From Octopus vulgaris (lineage: Eukaryota): DNA of 64,000 nt. Shown piece after piece: positions 36,701-50,300 of the stretch. Each line of letters begins with the position of its first letter. Within the stretch, counting starts at the first letter, position 1. The stretch covers positions 10,106,001 through 10,170,000 of the forward strand of contig OX597842.1 of NCBI GenBank assembly GCA_951406725.2, written 5' to 3'. The notes beneath the pieces are model-generated. The model did no database searches. It worked only from the letters and a program-made list of their open reading frames with translations, and was not told the origin of the DNA. The position numbers and the translations under genes are program-made.

Positions 36701-39700
36701 GGCCAGTGAAATAAGCACCAGTTAGGAGTTGGTGTTGAATGTAATCAGCTAGTACTCCTCCTTCCATAACCCTTTAACTTTTGAAACTGGCTAAATCCAG
36801 GTGAAATACCTCACCTGATCCAACCATTCCAACATATCTTACAATGTTATTCTATGAATTAAAAAAACTATTGCATGGTTAGTACAAAAGTGTGACAATG
36901 CCTGCTTCCCTTTCAAAGATTCCTTGTCTTGGAAAGTTATTTGGTGGCCCTGTCAGTGCTGGTGCCATGCAAAAAGCATCCGGTCCACACTGTAGAATGG
37001 TTATCCTTTGGAACAGCATCCAGCTGTAGAAACCATGCTAAAACTGACTTTGCCTGTGCTGGTGCCATGTAAAAAGCATTCACCCCACTCTGCAGGGTGG
37101 TTGCTGTTAGGAAGGCATCAACCATCAAGACCATGCCAAAACACAGAAGTATGGTGCAGGTTTTTGTGTGGTTATGCTATAGTTAACAATTTCAATGCAA
37201 AAGGGGTTTTTTTTATTTAAAAAAAAAACCCGGATTTTTTCGGTTTGAACGGCAGTTTTTTCTAGCGGTGTCATGAAATTGTCATCCACAATTATGACCC
37301 TAGTATCGATCTATTGCATTTCAATCTATTTTAGGGGTGGGGGGTAGGGTATCTTTTTTTCTTCACAAATGTAAATAAACCCAATCTGTTTCTTAAATGA
37401 TGGACATATTCATATGGCACAGAATGTTTTTTACCTCAGTGGACGTCAGTGATTAGTTGAAATTGCAGAAATTGAAGAAAAAACAACATATCTTACAACT
37501 ATCGAATTTTCTCAATAAAGCCAAGAGAAAAAGATGTTTTATAAACACATTCTACCAGTATACGAAGTTTAAAAGTGTTTAGTTACGTGGAAATTATTTG
37601 AAAAAAAAAAAACTGCCGGTCAAACCGAAAAGATTATTACCACTCCCCTGGTCTATTACAGGTTCATGCGGATGAAGTTTCCTTCTGAAGAAGCTGCCGA
37701 GGTTGTGTTTAACAAGCTGATGCCCATGGAAATCAATGGGAAGACCTTCGAATATGAACCTACTACTGAGGGTGAGTTATTTTTACAGTCCTGGTGGCGG
37801 TGGTGGTTTTGTCTCAACACATTTAGAATATCTAGATTCACCTAATTATTATTATAATAATAATAATAATATATTCCCTTCGCATATATCTGCCTCTCTG
37901 TCCTCTGTGCCACCCTTGGAATCGTGGTGCCGTGGCAATTCATGGCACCATGAGTTAAGGGCCTGGCTTATTTACTAGATTAATAACAATAATTGGTGGC
38001 CACCACTATTGATGAGAATTTCTGTATTTGACTCCATGCAAAAAAAAAAAAAAAAAAAGGCCCAATGAATGTTTGATCATTTTTTGGCCCTTTCTTCTTC
38101 AAACAACCTTGCTGAATCGGAAATTTTTTTCTTGCAGGTAACGATGGCAAAGATAAAGATGGTAAAGGTATGGATTTGCCTCTTGATAAGCAAATACATT
38201 TATCCCTACTGCTATTAATTAGATGATGTAGTGGCCTTCATCTGTCAAGGCTGTTTAAGATGCATTTATTGAAAATTTTTTTAAGAAAAATAATTGGTTT
38301 AGTACCAATTGTCAATTTGAACCCATGTATAATATATATATTTGTACATATGTCTATATATATATATATATATATATTTCTATATCTATATAAGCACATG
38401 TATCTAGTTAAATTAAGTGCTGCTAGTTACTTGCCCTATGTAATTTCTGTTGAGTTTAACGTTTCTCATGCTTAAAATGCAACCTTGATGTCTATAGAAA
38501 TGTTGTGTTACGAGACATCTTTTGTAATTTTTTTCACTTTTATATTTTCAGTACGACAGCTTATTTTTGTCTTGCAATGGAGTTACCTCATTGCCAAATT
38601 ATGTTTGTATGTGGCGCGGTGCTAGCTACGGCAAACCGCCGTAGACAAGGCTATTGTCTACGGCTTGTGAGAGTAGCAGTACTTTTTGTCATGTACCAAA
38701 GAGAAAAAGGAAAAACAAAAAAAAAAAAGACAAACAAACCCCCTGCAACAAAGGGAGTCTGTGTGGCCTCCCTCTGCCTATCTCTCTTGAAACAAATGTA
38801 CAGCTCTTAGTGGTGGCTCTCGGTATTTTATTGTTTAATCAATGATAATAATAATACTAGTTGTGGTTAGGATGGTTTACTGACCTATACTAGTTCAACT
38901 AGTGTTGGTGGTAAATTCCTTAAGACCTCACAACCCGTGTCCCTTCCCTACTACCAGCCAGTCCTTTCCTGCAATGATCTTAGCTATGGCAAGAATGTTA
39001 TTGGCATGAATAATAAGAGCCGAGTGTTGTTTGTTTTTATTATTGTTGGGGATAAGATTTAAGTTCCAGTTGTGGGTAGGGCAGGTTTTGTTTCGCTATT
39101 TTGTATATTTTTAAGTGTGTAGTGCTCTGCAAAGGAGAAGCAATGTAAATTTGTTGTCCCTTGTCGTCCTGATGTTGTCCCCTCTATTTAGGAGTTTGTA
39201 TCGTCTTTAATTCCCTTCACCCTGTAAGGCATTAAGTACTATCTAGGGATCTGTTTTTGATCTTTGGCAGTAAATTACTATTATAATTGCCCTCAGGTGT
39301 TGCTGCTTGCCAGGGCTTATTCTCCACGCGTTTGCTCTGCCGTGCTTCCATCTTCCTTGGAGTCCAGTTTTAGATGTCCTGGTTCTTGTTTCAAGCCACA
39401 TGGTTGGTTGTTTCATATTGGAACATCCATCCAGTTTTCACTACATTACCTACCTCTTAAGCAATGTTTGGTGACTGCTCCCTTACCAGGACAACTTCCA
39501 CATATTTTGGTTAGCGAGCTAGAAAATAGGGATGGCAGAACTGTTGGCTCTGTCCCCTACTCACATCCTCCTTCCTCATGCACGCTAAGGACCAGCTGTA
39601 GCTATGTTAGCCAGTCATAGAGATACATAAATCACAGCTCTGTTCTGAATTTGCTTGAATCCTCATCCCTGTCAGAATGAGTCCACTGAAAAGTTTTCGG

Positions 39701-42700
39701 CCCCATCCAACAATAACTTCAACCGATGCCATTTTTATTATTGCTTCTCTCTTGTAGCATCACACACCATATTTTACTTTTTTCTTTTCCTTCCCATGTC
39801 AGTATTGTTCTTTAAATCTATTATCTAATACAATTTCTATTCCTAGCCATATTGGTCCCATAATGTATTGTCTCTTTGCAATGTTGAAAGTTATTTTAAA
39901 GATTTGTGTAGACAGCCAGTTATTACAAAACTTCAGTTAATGTATATTTAAGATGTGATATTCCAAATTCAAGTAGCCCCTATTTTCAAATTTGATTTGG
40001 CCCAATACTTTAGAATCCTTCAAAAAATAGGGTGGGAAGTTTTTTGTAGAGACATGCATTATTTCAGGCAAGTATTTTCTGGGGGACACTTTCATGTTAA
40101 ATTAGTCTAATGTATGTATATTATATATAAACTGCTTCTATATATATCTATCCTTTTCCTGTATCTCTCTCTCTCTGTCCCTGTCCCCGAAATTCTTCAG
40201 GCAGTTTTTTCGATAGGCTTTGACAGGACCACTAAGGAGGGTCTGTCCATATTGCTCGCCTTTTTAGCTATGTGGAAAAAGAAAGAAAAAAAAGCAACAG
40301 AACTGGTTCCCTGAATTTTTCCGCTTCTTCAGTAAATTCTGTTTCTGAGAGGAGAGGAAAATGGCAGGTGCTTTGTCTTCTTTGATAATCCAATCAATCT
40401 CTTGTCTGATATTGTTAGCTCTGAAGTATATATATTTTGCCATGGGGGAGTTTTCTCTTCTACTTGTTGAGGAAAATTTTTGTACTACTTTGCACTGTCA
40501 AAGATTGGAATGGCTTAAAGGGCCGGCTTGATCCCTTCTCTTGCTTGTGAGATTTTTTAGTAAAGTAAATTTCCTCACCGGCTCCTGTGGGTGAATTTGC
40601 AGAAGCTATTTTCCTTTAGTGCGTGTATATATTTTTATATATACATGCTCACATATGTGTATGTATATTTATATATAGATTTATTTTGGGGTCTGTTGTT
40701 TGAAACACTCAGGCTTACAACTTGCTATATAAATAGGTGGGTTATTCATAATAACCCTTTATTTTCCTTTACAAGGGGGTGGTCATCATTTTTGAGCCGG
40801 TCACTCAAAAGGCTCGAGATTCCAAGTACGGGAAGTCTATCTTGTCCTTGCCTGCCTATTCCAATTTTTGCTGATTGATACCGGGGGGAGGGTGTTTTTT
40901 TCCTCTGGTATCTCTGTGTGTATAATGAATTAAATACATTAAATATATATAATTTTAAATTTTTTTTTTTTTAAATCTAATTTAAAAAAAAAAAGTAAAA
41001 TAATTTCATTGAATTCCTTCTGTCTCTTGACAGGAATTAGAAAGTTTGTGGCTGATGCCGACACTGTTGTTTTGAACAGTTTAATAAATTTGTTAGCATT
41101 TCGTTTGTTGAGTGTCTGTCGACAGGTGTTGATGTAGCCCTGAGCTTCAATATACTCCTGTTCGCACACGCACACACGCAAAAAAAAAAAATGATAATTA
41201 AAAATTAATGTATTAATTGCATCATCATTAAAATTGTTGATGACGATCTGTCCCCAATACGTGAGCACCTGACAATTTCAGGGAACAAGAAAGACTATTC
41301 CCTCTATGTCAACAACATTCCCCAAGGAGTCACAGTGAAGGAGGTGCAGGCGTTGTTCCCGCAAGCCCGGAATGTGGTGATCCCACTTAATGAGGAAGAC
41401 CAGAATCAGGGGTAATTTCTCAAACTTGCGCATATTTATACATTTTTAATAAATTTGTTTGATGGTGCTGGTGGTGGCTGATGCAGTCCCCCAATAACTG
41501 CATCACCAAACCAACCCCTCTTATCCTATCTATCTCTCTCTCTATATAAATATATATAAAATAAATATGTTTATACATATTGTTGTTCATCTGCATCGTC
41601 TCTGTGACGCGCAGTTAGTACATACTCAAATGCTTCTATTATGGTTTACTGTAGGCATACATATATATCTATCTATCTATCTATCTAGGAAGTATTAAGC
41701 ATTATTTTTTTTTGTATCATCACTATTATACACTTGTGAGACTGCTGTTTGCTGTCACTCAGCTGGGTGTGGCATTCCTGCAGCTGACAGGGTTTAACCA
41801 GCTTCTATAATAGCAATAGTCATACTAGTAATAATATTAGTAATAACAATACCAACCATTGTAGTTGTCACTTATGTAATATAGTTTACTCAAACTTCCT
41901 GGTTTTTTTTTTTCTTATTGTATTTTACAATAGTGCACACCTTGTAGAACAGACAGCAGCTTAGATTTCTAAAATAACTGCACCTTTTTTTTAAATTTTT
42001 TATTCTTATTTTTCTTTACCTGATATTAAGGAATCTTTCTGTTAATTGTTAGCTCGTTAATTAACTTCTGATTAACAATAGACATCTGGTAAAGTTTAAT
42101 TTATCCTCTCTGCTTTCTGTAGAACATGCAGCATTTTGGCATAGTTAATATGACCTAGTGTAAATAATTAAGACTAGTAAAATAGTGTTAATTACCTGGT
42201 AAGATAATAATAAATAATTAAGCTGTTGTATTATTATTATCATCATCATCAGAGGCATCTTTTGTGAATTTTGAGTTTTTTTTTCCTTTTAATTTGGTCA
42301 TTTTTTGGAATGTTAAAAACGGTAACTATAGCAAAATTAACTGAAAATATTTCAGTATAACAAATAGTAACCTAATTTTTAAAAAAAAATTGAAGAAAAA
42401 AAAAAATTTGTAGCTTGTAGTTTTTTCAACATTGTAACCACTTATTTCACTCCCCCCTCTGTATCCCATATTTCTATTATATCTATAAATTTGTCCATAT
42501 ACATAGAAATATATATATCAATAATTAATTAATCAAACTGGTTTCCATTGATTCTATTGACGAATTGACAGCTTATCTTAACGTATAAATTCCGATGCTT
42601 GGTGACGAAGCATTTCAGTCTAGAATTTCCCAAACCTTGGTGGTGGCAGTGTGAAGGAGGGGGGTGTAATCGGTGGTTATCTATGTCTTAGGTGATGTTT

Positions 42701-45700
42701 TTTTGTCTTTTTTTTTTTTTTATTATATATATATAAATAATAGCGTGGCTTGCTGTCCGACTATTGCCCTGTTAGCTGTGTCTCTTAGTCTCAACATCGT
42801 CCCCACCCTGTGTCTTTTCTACAGATACGCCCTTGTGGAGTGCCATTCTCTCCAGGAGGCTGAGACCATGCTTGCCGAGAGCAAGGAGCTGAAGCTTAAG
42901 GAGAACGTCTTGACATGTGACCTGATTTCTCACACTTCTAAGGATGATGGTAAGTCTTGTTGTGGAAACGATTGTTTTTGTTCTTTGGGCCGTTTTGTTA
43001 ATGAATGAATAGAGCTATCCCCCGTGAGGGATTGCTGGAAGATAATGTTCTGACGCGCTCATCATGCTTCGCGCCATGGTTAGCATTGGACTTTGACCCC
43101 CATCTGGCCCTTGCTTCCTTTCTGTCCCCTCCCTCGTGGCAATCGTACATTAGAAGGTGGTGTGCTTCTAATTACTAACCTGCAGCAGGCCATGCGACCG
43201 TGTAGTTTGGCACTATAGCATTAGGTGCGAAGGGCGGGGTGTGTCTGTGTGTGTGAGGGCATTAGGGACACCGCCACCTAACCCGCTTGCAACACAGGTT
43301 CAGAGTTTTGCGGTTTTACCTCAGGTGCTTGACTGACCTTGCTTCGATCTCACCAAGCATGGGGGCCTAGGTATCACTTCTGGTTAGTTACTTTACTTGG
43401 CCAACAATCCAGTTTCATACAATAGCCTTGAAATTGTGATCAACGTGTTGTGCACATGTCCTTCACTGTCCTGTTTAGGGGCAGGGAGGACTGGGAGTTC
43501 TGCTTGTGGGCTGCTCCACTGAAGACACTCCAGATGCATGTCCCTTTTAGCTCTTTAGCATTTTTACCAACCAGATCCTACCCCTCGTACCCGTCTGATA
43601 ATGGCATTCTAATAACTTTCATAATCTTGAAGCTATGAGATAATGCATGATTTATTCAAAGCAATGGAATAAATACACATTACATTTGCCAGGGCAATCT
43701 TAATGCTAGAGTTGATCCTTTGACCCCTTTTTTTTTGTGGTGGGGTGGGGTATCACATCTTGTTTGTGCTGCTCTGTTTGGGAAGTGGAACTGGTTGTTT
43801 AACCTCAGGTCTACCTCGTCTTCTGTGACTGTCTTACTCTGTCAGTATCGGTATATCTACCTAGGACTGTTGAACCCTACGTGCTTGTGTTCAGCATTGT
43901 TGGCAGGCCAGGGAGTGTGTTTGTAGCTGCTTGCGTTAAGGCTAGGGGAGCAGGGTTCTCATTGGGTCATTTGGGATGCCGTTGATGCATCAAAGACTTG
44001 TCCGCCAAGCGGGGGTTTGATGCGGAGTCTGCAGGCAGGGTTTCGGGGGTGTTTTTCAGAAAATCGAAGGCAGCCGTTTTGTTTTTTGTTTTCTCTTCCG
44101 TTTAGATGATAAAAAATCGAAGAAGCATCAGAACAATCAACAAAATAAAAAGGGACGCTTTTCAAACAGTCAGAATCGTCGTAACCACCAGATGAATAAA
44201 AAAGGTGAGAGCAAATTATTTATTTTACACCTGTTTGTTTTTGGTGTTTTGAATGGAATTGACCGTAATAGGGCCCAGGCATTGCTGTGCGGTTAAGTTT
44301 ATTTTCCGGTCCTACTACCTGGCACCTTCTTCAGCCTGTGGTCTAACTAGGGCTTTGTGGCTGGATCTGGTGGGCAGCAACAGCTGATGGTTTAGTGTGT
44401 TGTGGGTGTCTGTGTCTACTTGGCTTGATATTGTGTGATAGTTGTTGAGAAATGCTACTTTGCTTGGAGACTAGTAAGGGTTAGTAACAGGAAGGGCTTC
44501 TGACTTAGAAAACCTTCCTCAATAATAAATCATAAAAGCATGGAAGTGGGCATCGAAAATGTTGGCGTTTCAATAAAAGCAGCTTGATTTTGTAAATGGA
44601 GAATTTTGAAGGACTTAGCTGTTTCATTATCAAATCTGGTTTTGAGGCAGTGAACTAGCTGATGCAGAGAAAAGTGAATATTTTACGTCACTTTCCAGTG
44701 ACCAGATTGTGAATTTTGTGCTTGAGAGAATTAGTTTTTGTAGTTATTTAAAAGTGGGAATATATATTAAATATTAATCCCTGAGAAAACGGGCTTTTGT
44801 TTTTTTGCCCATTTTGAGAGATTCATTTAAATTTCTCCTGTAGTTTTTAGCCCTTTAGCATTCAAACCATTCACATCAGACCCAAATATTTTGTTTGTAT
44901 TCAAACAGGCCGGATCCAGCCTTGTTACCCTTAACCTCTGTTATTTTAAAAATAAAACTCACATCTCCTAGGTCTTGAAGCTGCAGGACAATGCTTGATT
45001 AAGAACAATATGAATAAATGCATTCAACAGGATCTGAATGGGTTAAATATTTACAAACCCATTCTTGAGACTGGTTTGGCGGGTTCCTATAAAATTGTGG
45101 CGGGAAGTTTTTTTTTGTTTGTTTTTTTTCACTAAACTCCTTACCATTTAAATCTGCCATATCCGGGTAAGATATTTGATATTCAAACTGATCTGATTGG
45201 TCCTCTGACACTCACCAAACAATATCATTCTAAAAGTTTGCAATCACGTCATGGAAACTTCTCGGCCATCATATTCGTTGTCATGTGACATCTGCTTTCT
45301 ATGCTGGCATGGGTTGGCCTGTTTAACAGGAGCCAGCCAGGTAGAAGACAACACTAAGCTACTGTCTGTTTTGGTATGGTTTTTATGGCTGGATGCCCTT
45401 CCTAACACCAACAACCCTGCAGTGTCGACTGGCGGCTTTTTCCATTGAATACAATTGTCTTTGTTTTAATGACTTTATAAAGAAATGGGGAGTTTATTAA
45501 AAGCAATTCGTTATTAAACTCGTTTGAAGGAATCCTTTTCTTCGTAATGCTATTAGCAGGAGGAGTCTAAATTTATTTTTTGGTTTTTTTATTAACCAGG
45601 CAAGAGACCACAACAGATGCAGCAAATGCAACAACGCAAACAGAGATGGTCTCCTGAGAGACGACAACAAGGCAGGAAAGTAAGTAGGAACCCTTTCATT

Positions 45701-47323
45701 ACTGTATTTATTTTGAGATGCTCTGTGTTTCTTTAAATATAAGTAATTTTAATTACTTTAAATATAGCAAAGAATTTAGAAAAATAACTTAGTTATCATT
45801 CAGCTAGTGTTAGGAACATAAATTTTGACTAAGGTTTAATGGGAGATTTTAATTCAGAACTTATGAAAACAAGACGTTTGTACTCAGAGCCGGTTTCAGC
45901 CGGGTTGGTAACGAAACGGTTAAGACACTATCAATTCAATAATAAAACAAACTCAGGAAACACAGCAATTATCCAGTGAAATAAACTTCCACAGACAATC
46001 TAGGTAACCAACGCATTCCACACAACAAAAGACTGCACCACACCTCAAGAGGAAGGAAAAACAAATAGAACGTGATCCAATACCAGGAAGAGTTTGTACA
46101 CACCCCAGCAACATGGAGGTGTAGCAATTGATGCTGTAGAAGTTTACTTCAAACTGCTAAATGTTGGACAATTATGTAATAGTAGTTGTAGTACCTGGTG
46201 GTGTTGGATGTATGTGTATATCTTGGTGTGTGTCGTGTTGGACAAGTAGTGAAGCGACATCTTTTAACGGTATCTTTGCATTTCTTTTTTACAGCCTTTG
46301 CAGTTTATGCAGAAAGGAAGAATGGACGGTGGTAGGCGTCAGCTCATGGATGGTGGTGGCCAGTGGTGAGTTGTCTTTGCTCGTTTGTTTGTGTGTGAGG
46401 GAAGGGTGGGTTTCTGAATTCTTTCAGTCCTGAATGACAATGTTTTCTTCACATACCTTGCTGACAAACAGTTGAGGTTTGGTGTCATGAAATTCATTCA
46501 ACCATGGTAGTAGTCTACCTGAATGGTTTTGACTTGGACAAGTATGGAAGAATGGATGTTAAATTATGTGTTTGTGTGTGAATTTTCTGTTTCTGCTTTT
46601 CGTTAATGGTTAATTAGACGTTCTTCATTAACACTTACTGTGCTAAAGATGTCTGCGTGTATTTGTCACATGGACAAGATGGCATCTTAGTCAAGTTTTG
46701 GTATTTCCTGGATTATTAGTAATCCACCTTGTACCAAACTAGGTCATTAACCATTGCTAAGCTGCTGATGAGAATATTTGTTAATCATGGGTATAGCTTC
46801 GTAAATTGTGTGAAGTGCAAGTCATTTTTTAAAGTCTGTGTTTGTCTCATGTTGAAAGACATACACAAACTCCCAGGGAAAAAATGTTACAGCCTGTTTC
46901 GTGTCTATTGACATACAGAAGCATACTCAGCCAGAAAATAGTCACTTTTGAAGTCTGTATTGTGTTGATAGATTTGTACTTAAGAATTTTGGTGTTTGTA
47001 ATCAAGACTTGTTAGTCACTATCTATATATCTTGGTGCACTCCCTCTCTCAACAACAGCAGTTTGTCTCCAAACAGGTGTTGTTACAGACATCAGCTTCT
47101 ATAAGATCTCATTCAAAAGTCAGTAAGGGTGATTAATATTTAACAGCTGTGGTATTGTAACTGTACTAAGGTAGCATAATAATTTGCCCTATAAATTGGG
47201 GCTAGAATGAATGGTTTTACGAGAATTTGACTCTCTATTTTATTTATTAGAAATTAATTTTTATAGTGAAAAGGCATTATTTAAAGGGACGAAAAGACCC
47301 TATTGAGCTTTTATTATATAGAT

Positions 47324-47363
<40 letters not shown>

Positions 47364-50300
47364 GGGGGGGGGCTAGGGTATAACAGTAGTTGGCAGGGGG
47401 TAAGGGTTAAGCTGGCCAAAGGCAAAAGTCTTTGACGACTCTGCCCCTGTGTGGCACATCTCGTTGCTACTCCTACTTCTCTCTCTCCTGTTCTGTCACA
47501 TAACATAATTAATCTTTGTGTTTCTTTGTTTTCCTCCAGGAACCAAGGCGGTCAGAACGTCACTGCTGCTCTCTCACAGACCAGTGAATTACTTAAAGGA
47601 CTGACCAGTTTGCTTGGGTTAGTATTTTCATCATTTCTATTTTTTCTCTTTCATAATCCTTACTGTTGTTTAATCCATTCGTTGGCATATTTCTGTTGAA
47701 CGACACCTTCATTTCAATTAATTCTGAAAATAATAATTTACTAAAATATCTTGGTCATTACTAGGCTAGTAATTTTAGAAAAAAAAAATTTAACATGTAA
47801 TTTTGATTTGGGTCACAGTGGCAGGGGCAGTCTTGGTGTCAAAATGCTTACGCCATGACTTGATACCTTGTACCATCTATTTGTTTTTTCTCGGTGTTTA
47901 GACTGTTACATACTACCATACTAGGATGCCTTTTTTTCTTTTATCATCTTTCCTCTTGTGTTTAAACTCATTACATCACCGTAACTTAACCCTTTAGCAT
48001 TTAAACCGGCCATATCCAGCCAAAAGTATTCTGCCTGTTTTATGTTCAAACTGGCCATATCTGGTCTCTCACACCAATCCTACAATATCATCTTAAAAAA
48101 TTAACAGCTACCTCATCAAAATCTCATAGCTACAAGATAATGCCTGATTAGTTCAAAACAAGGTAGATGAAGAAGCATTAATTTTGGCAGAATAATATGA
48201 ACACTAAAGGGTTAATACCTTGTCTGTTCTCCCACCCTTATTATAATCACTAATTTTGTGTCTTAGCTCGTTACATGGCTATAATCATATGCCTTGTCTG
48301 TTTTGCTCATCTCCCCCATTTTTCTTTCCTTGTGATTAGAATCATTACATTGCCCTGTCACCCCCCATGTTGTACTAAAGTAATCACTGCTTTTGTGTTT
48401 AGGCTCGGCATTGTTACACATGCCATAGCTGGATACCTTGTCTGTTTTGTCCTTCCTTTTTATGCTTTGTGATCCCTGCTCTTTTTGATCGTTACATGAC
48501 AAGCCCTAATCTAATGCCTTTTCCATTTTCCCCATTTCTCGTTGCAGGCAACAGCTGCTGAGTCCCAACCAGATGGGCGGCCAAGGCGACGGCCAGTACG
48601 GCAACCAGTCATGGGGACAAGGGATGGACCAGGGAGGTAACTACGGTGGATTTCAGTCAGGCGGAGGTGGTGGTGGCGGCGGCGGCGGTGGCCGAGGGTT
48701 CGGCAACGACAGCATGAATTACGGTAACTATGATTTGAACTCAGTGCTGGAGGTCTCCACCTCCTCGCCCTCAGCCTCAGCCTCCAGATACTCGGGTGAT
48801 GAATATACAACTCGCAACCGACCCTATGAACAACACGGTGGCCGTTTCGGTGGGAGTAAGAGATCTCAACGCACTTTCGACTATAACTCATCGGGTATGC
48901 TTACGTGTTTAAAATTGAGTGCCGTGTTGAATCCTCTATCGGGGCTGCTGTAAGGTTTTAGTCGAACCAGTATCAATCCCAGCGCTTATTTTTTTCCTTA
49001 AGCCTGGTACCTATTCTGTCGGTCTCTTTGCTGAACCCTCTTAATTCATGGGAATGTAAACACCCCAACACCGGTTGTCAAGCAGTAGTGGGGGACGGAC
49101 ACATTCAGTATGCATGCATACACACACACACATAATGGGCTCCTTTCAGTTTCCCAAGGCTTTCGTTGGTGCAAGTCTATAACAGAACACGCTGGCCCAT
49201 GGTGTCACACGGTGAGACTGAACCTGGAACCATGTGGTTACGAAGCAAACCTCTAAGCACACTGGGCCAAACCTGTGGGCTGTCAATACAGTGGAGCTGA
49301 TGACACTGGTACTGGGTCAGTGGAGTCTGTCTTTAAGAGGCGTCCCTTCTGTCATTGGGGATTGCTATGTTTAATTCCAAATGTACAGCCACTAAAACTT
49401 TGGAATTAAGGGTCCGTCTTGAGACACTGGGGTTTGCTAACATAGCTTACTTCTCTCTTGGGTGGGTTGGAAGGGTTTGTCTGTCCTTTAGTCTAATATT
49501 TTGGCTCCCAAATGATATATCCTTGTTAGGGGTCACTGACATTTGGCTTGACCAACCCAGATTGAAATCTGTTACTGTTATATTGCTGCAATGCTGATGT
49601 TTGATTGTGGACATGCCCAATCAGAGCTGATCTGTGGTTAAATGATAACCACTCGGGCAGTTCATCTACACCCAACCATGTGGAATTTTCAAATTATCCC
49701 TTGAATGGGTTGTCATCGACTGTCCTCTTCTGTTATCCTGAGATGCTGGCATTTTGCTTTTGAAGCAGGAAACAAATTTGGTTGCTATTCCTATTGAGTA
49801 GAACGACTGGGTTTTGGGTCTCTTGTGATCCCTGTATCTGGTTGATCGCTGTAGTTCTTCCCCAGATTCAGGACACGCAGGGGGAAGCTGTTGAATATTG
49901 TTTCACCAATTTACAGCTTCCTCTGCTCAGGATTGTGTTCACGTCCACAAGCATTGTATCTAGTCAGTCCTGTGGCTGGCCTGGGGACGAAATAGCCTCG
50001 TAGAATCCTTCCGAATGTGGCTCCTCTGTTATTGGCAATAAAGGAGCTGACTTGGCCAGCTTTGTTGTGAACCAGTTAGCATTTGGTCCTCTGGATGGTT
50101 TGATATGACTAGCAGTGCACAAGCTACAGTGATTTTGAGGGGACAGGTCGATTACCTGTACTCCTTTCACCAATGCTTGCTCAATAGTCATTTTATCAAT
50201 CCCAAAAGGATGAAGGGCAAAATTGTCTGGCAAGCTAGTGATTCTTGCCAGCTCTCCACCTTACTAATAATGGTTTCAGATTTTGAATTTGGTCCAGAAA

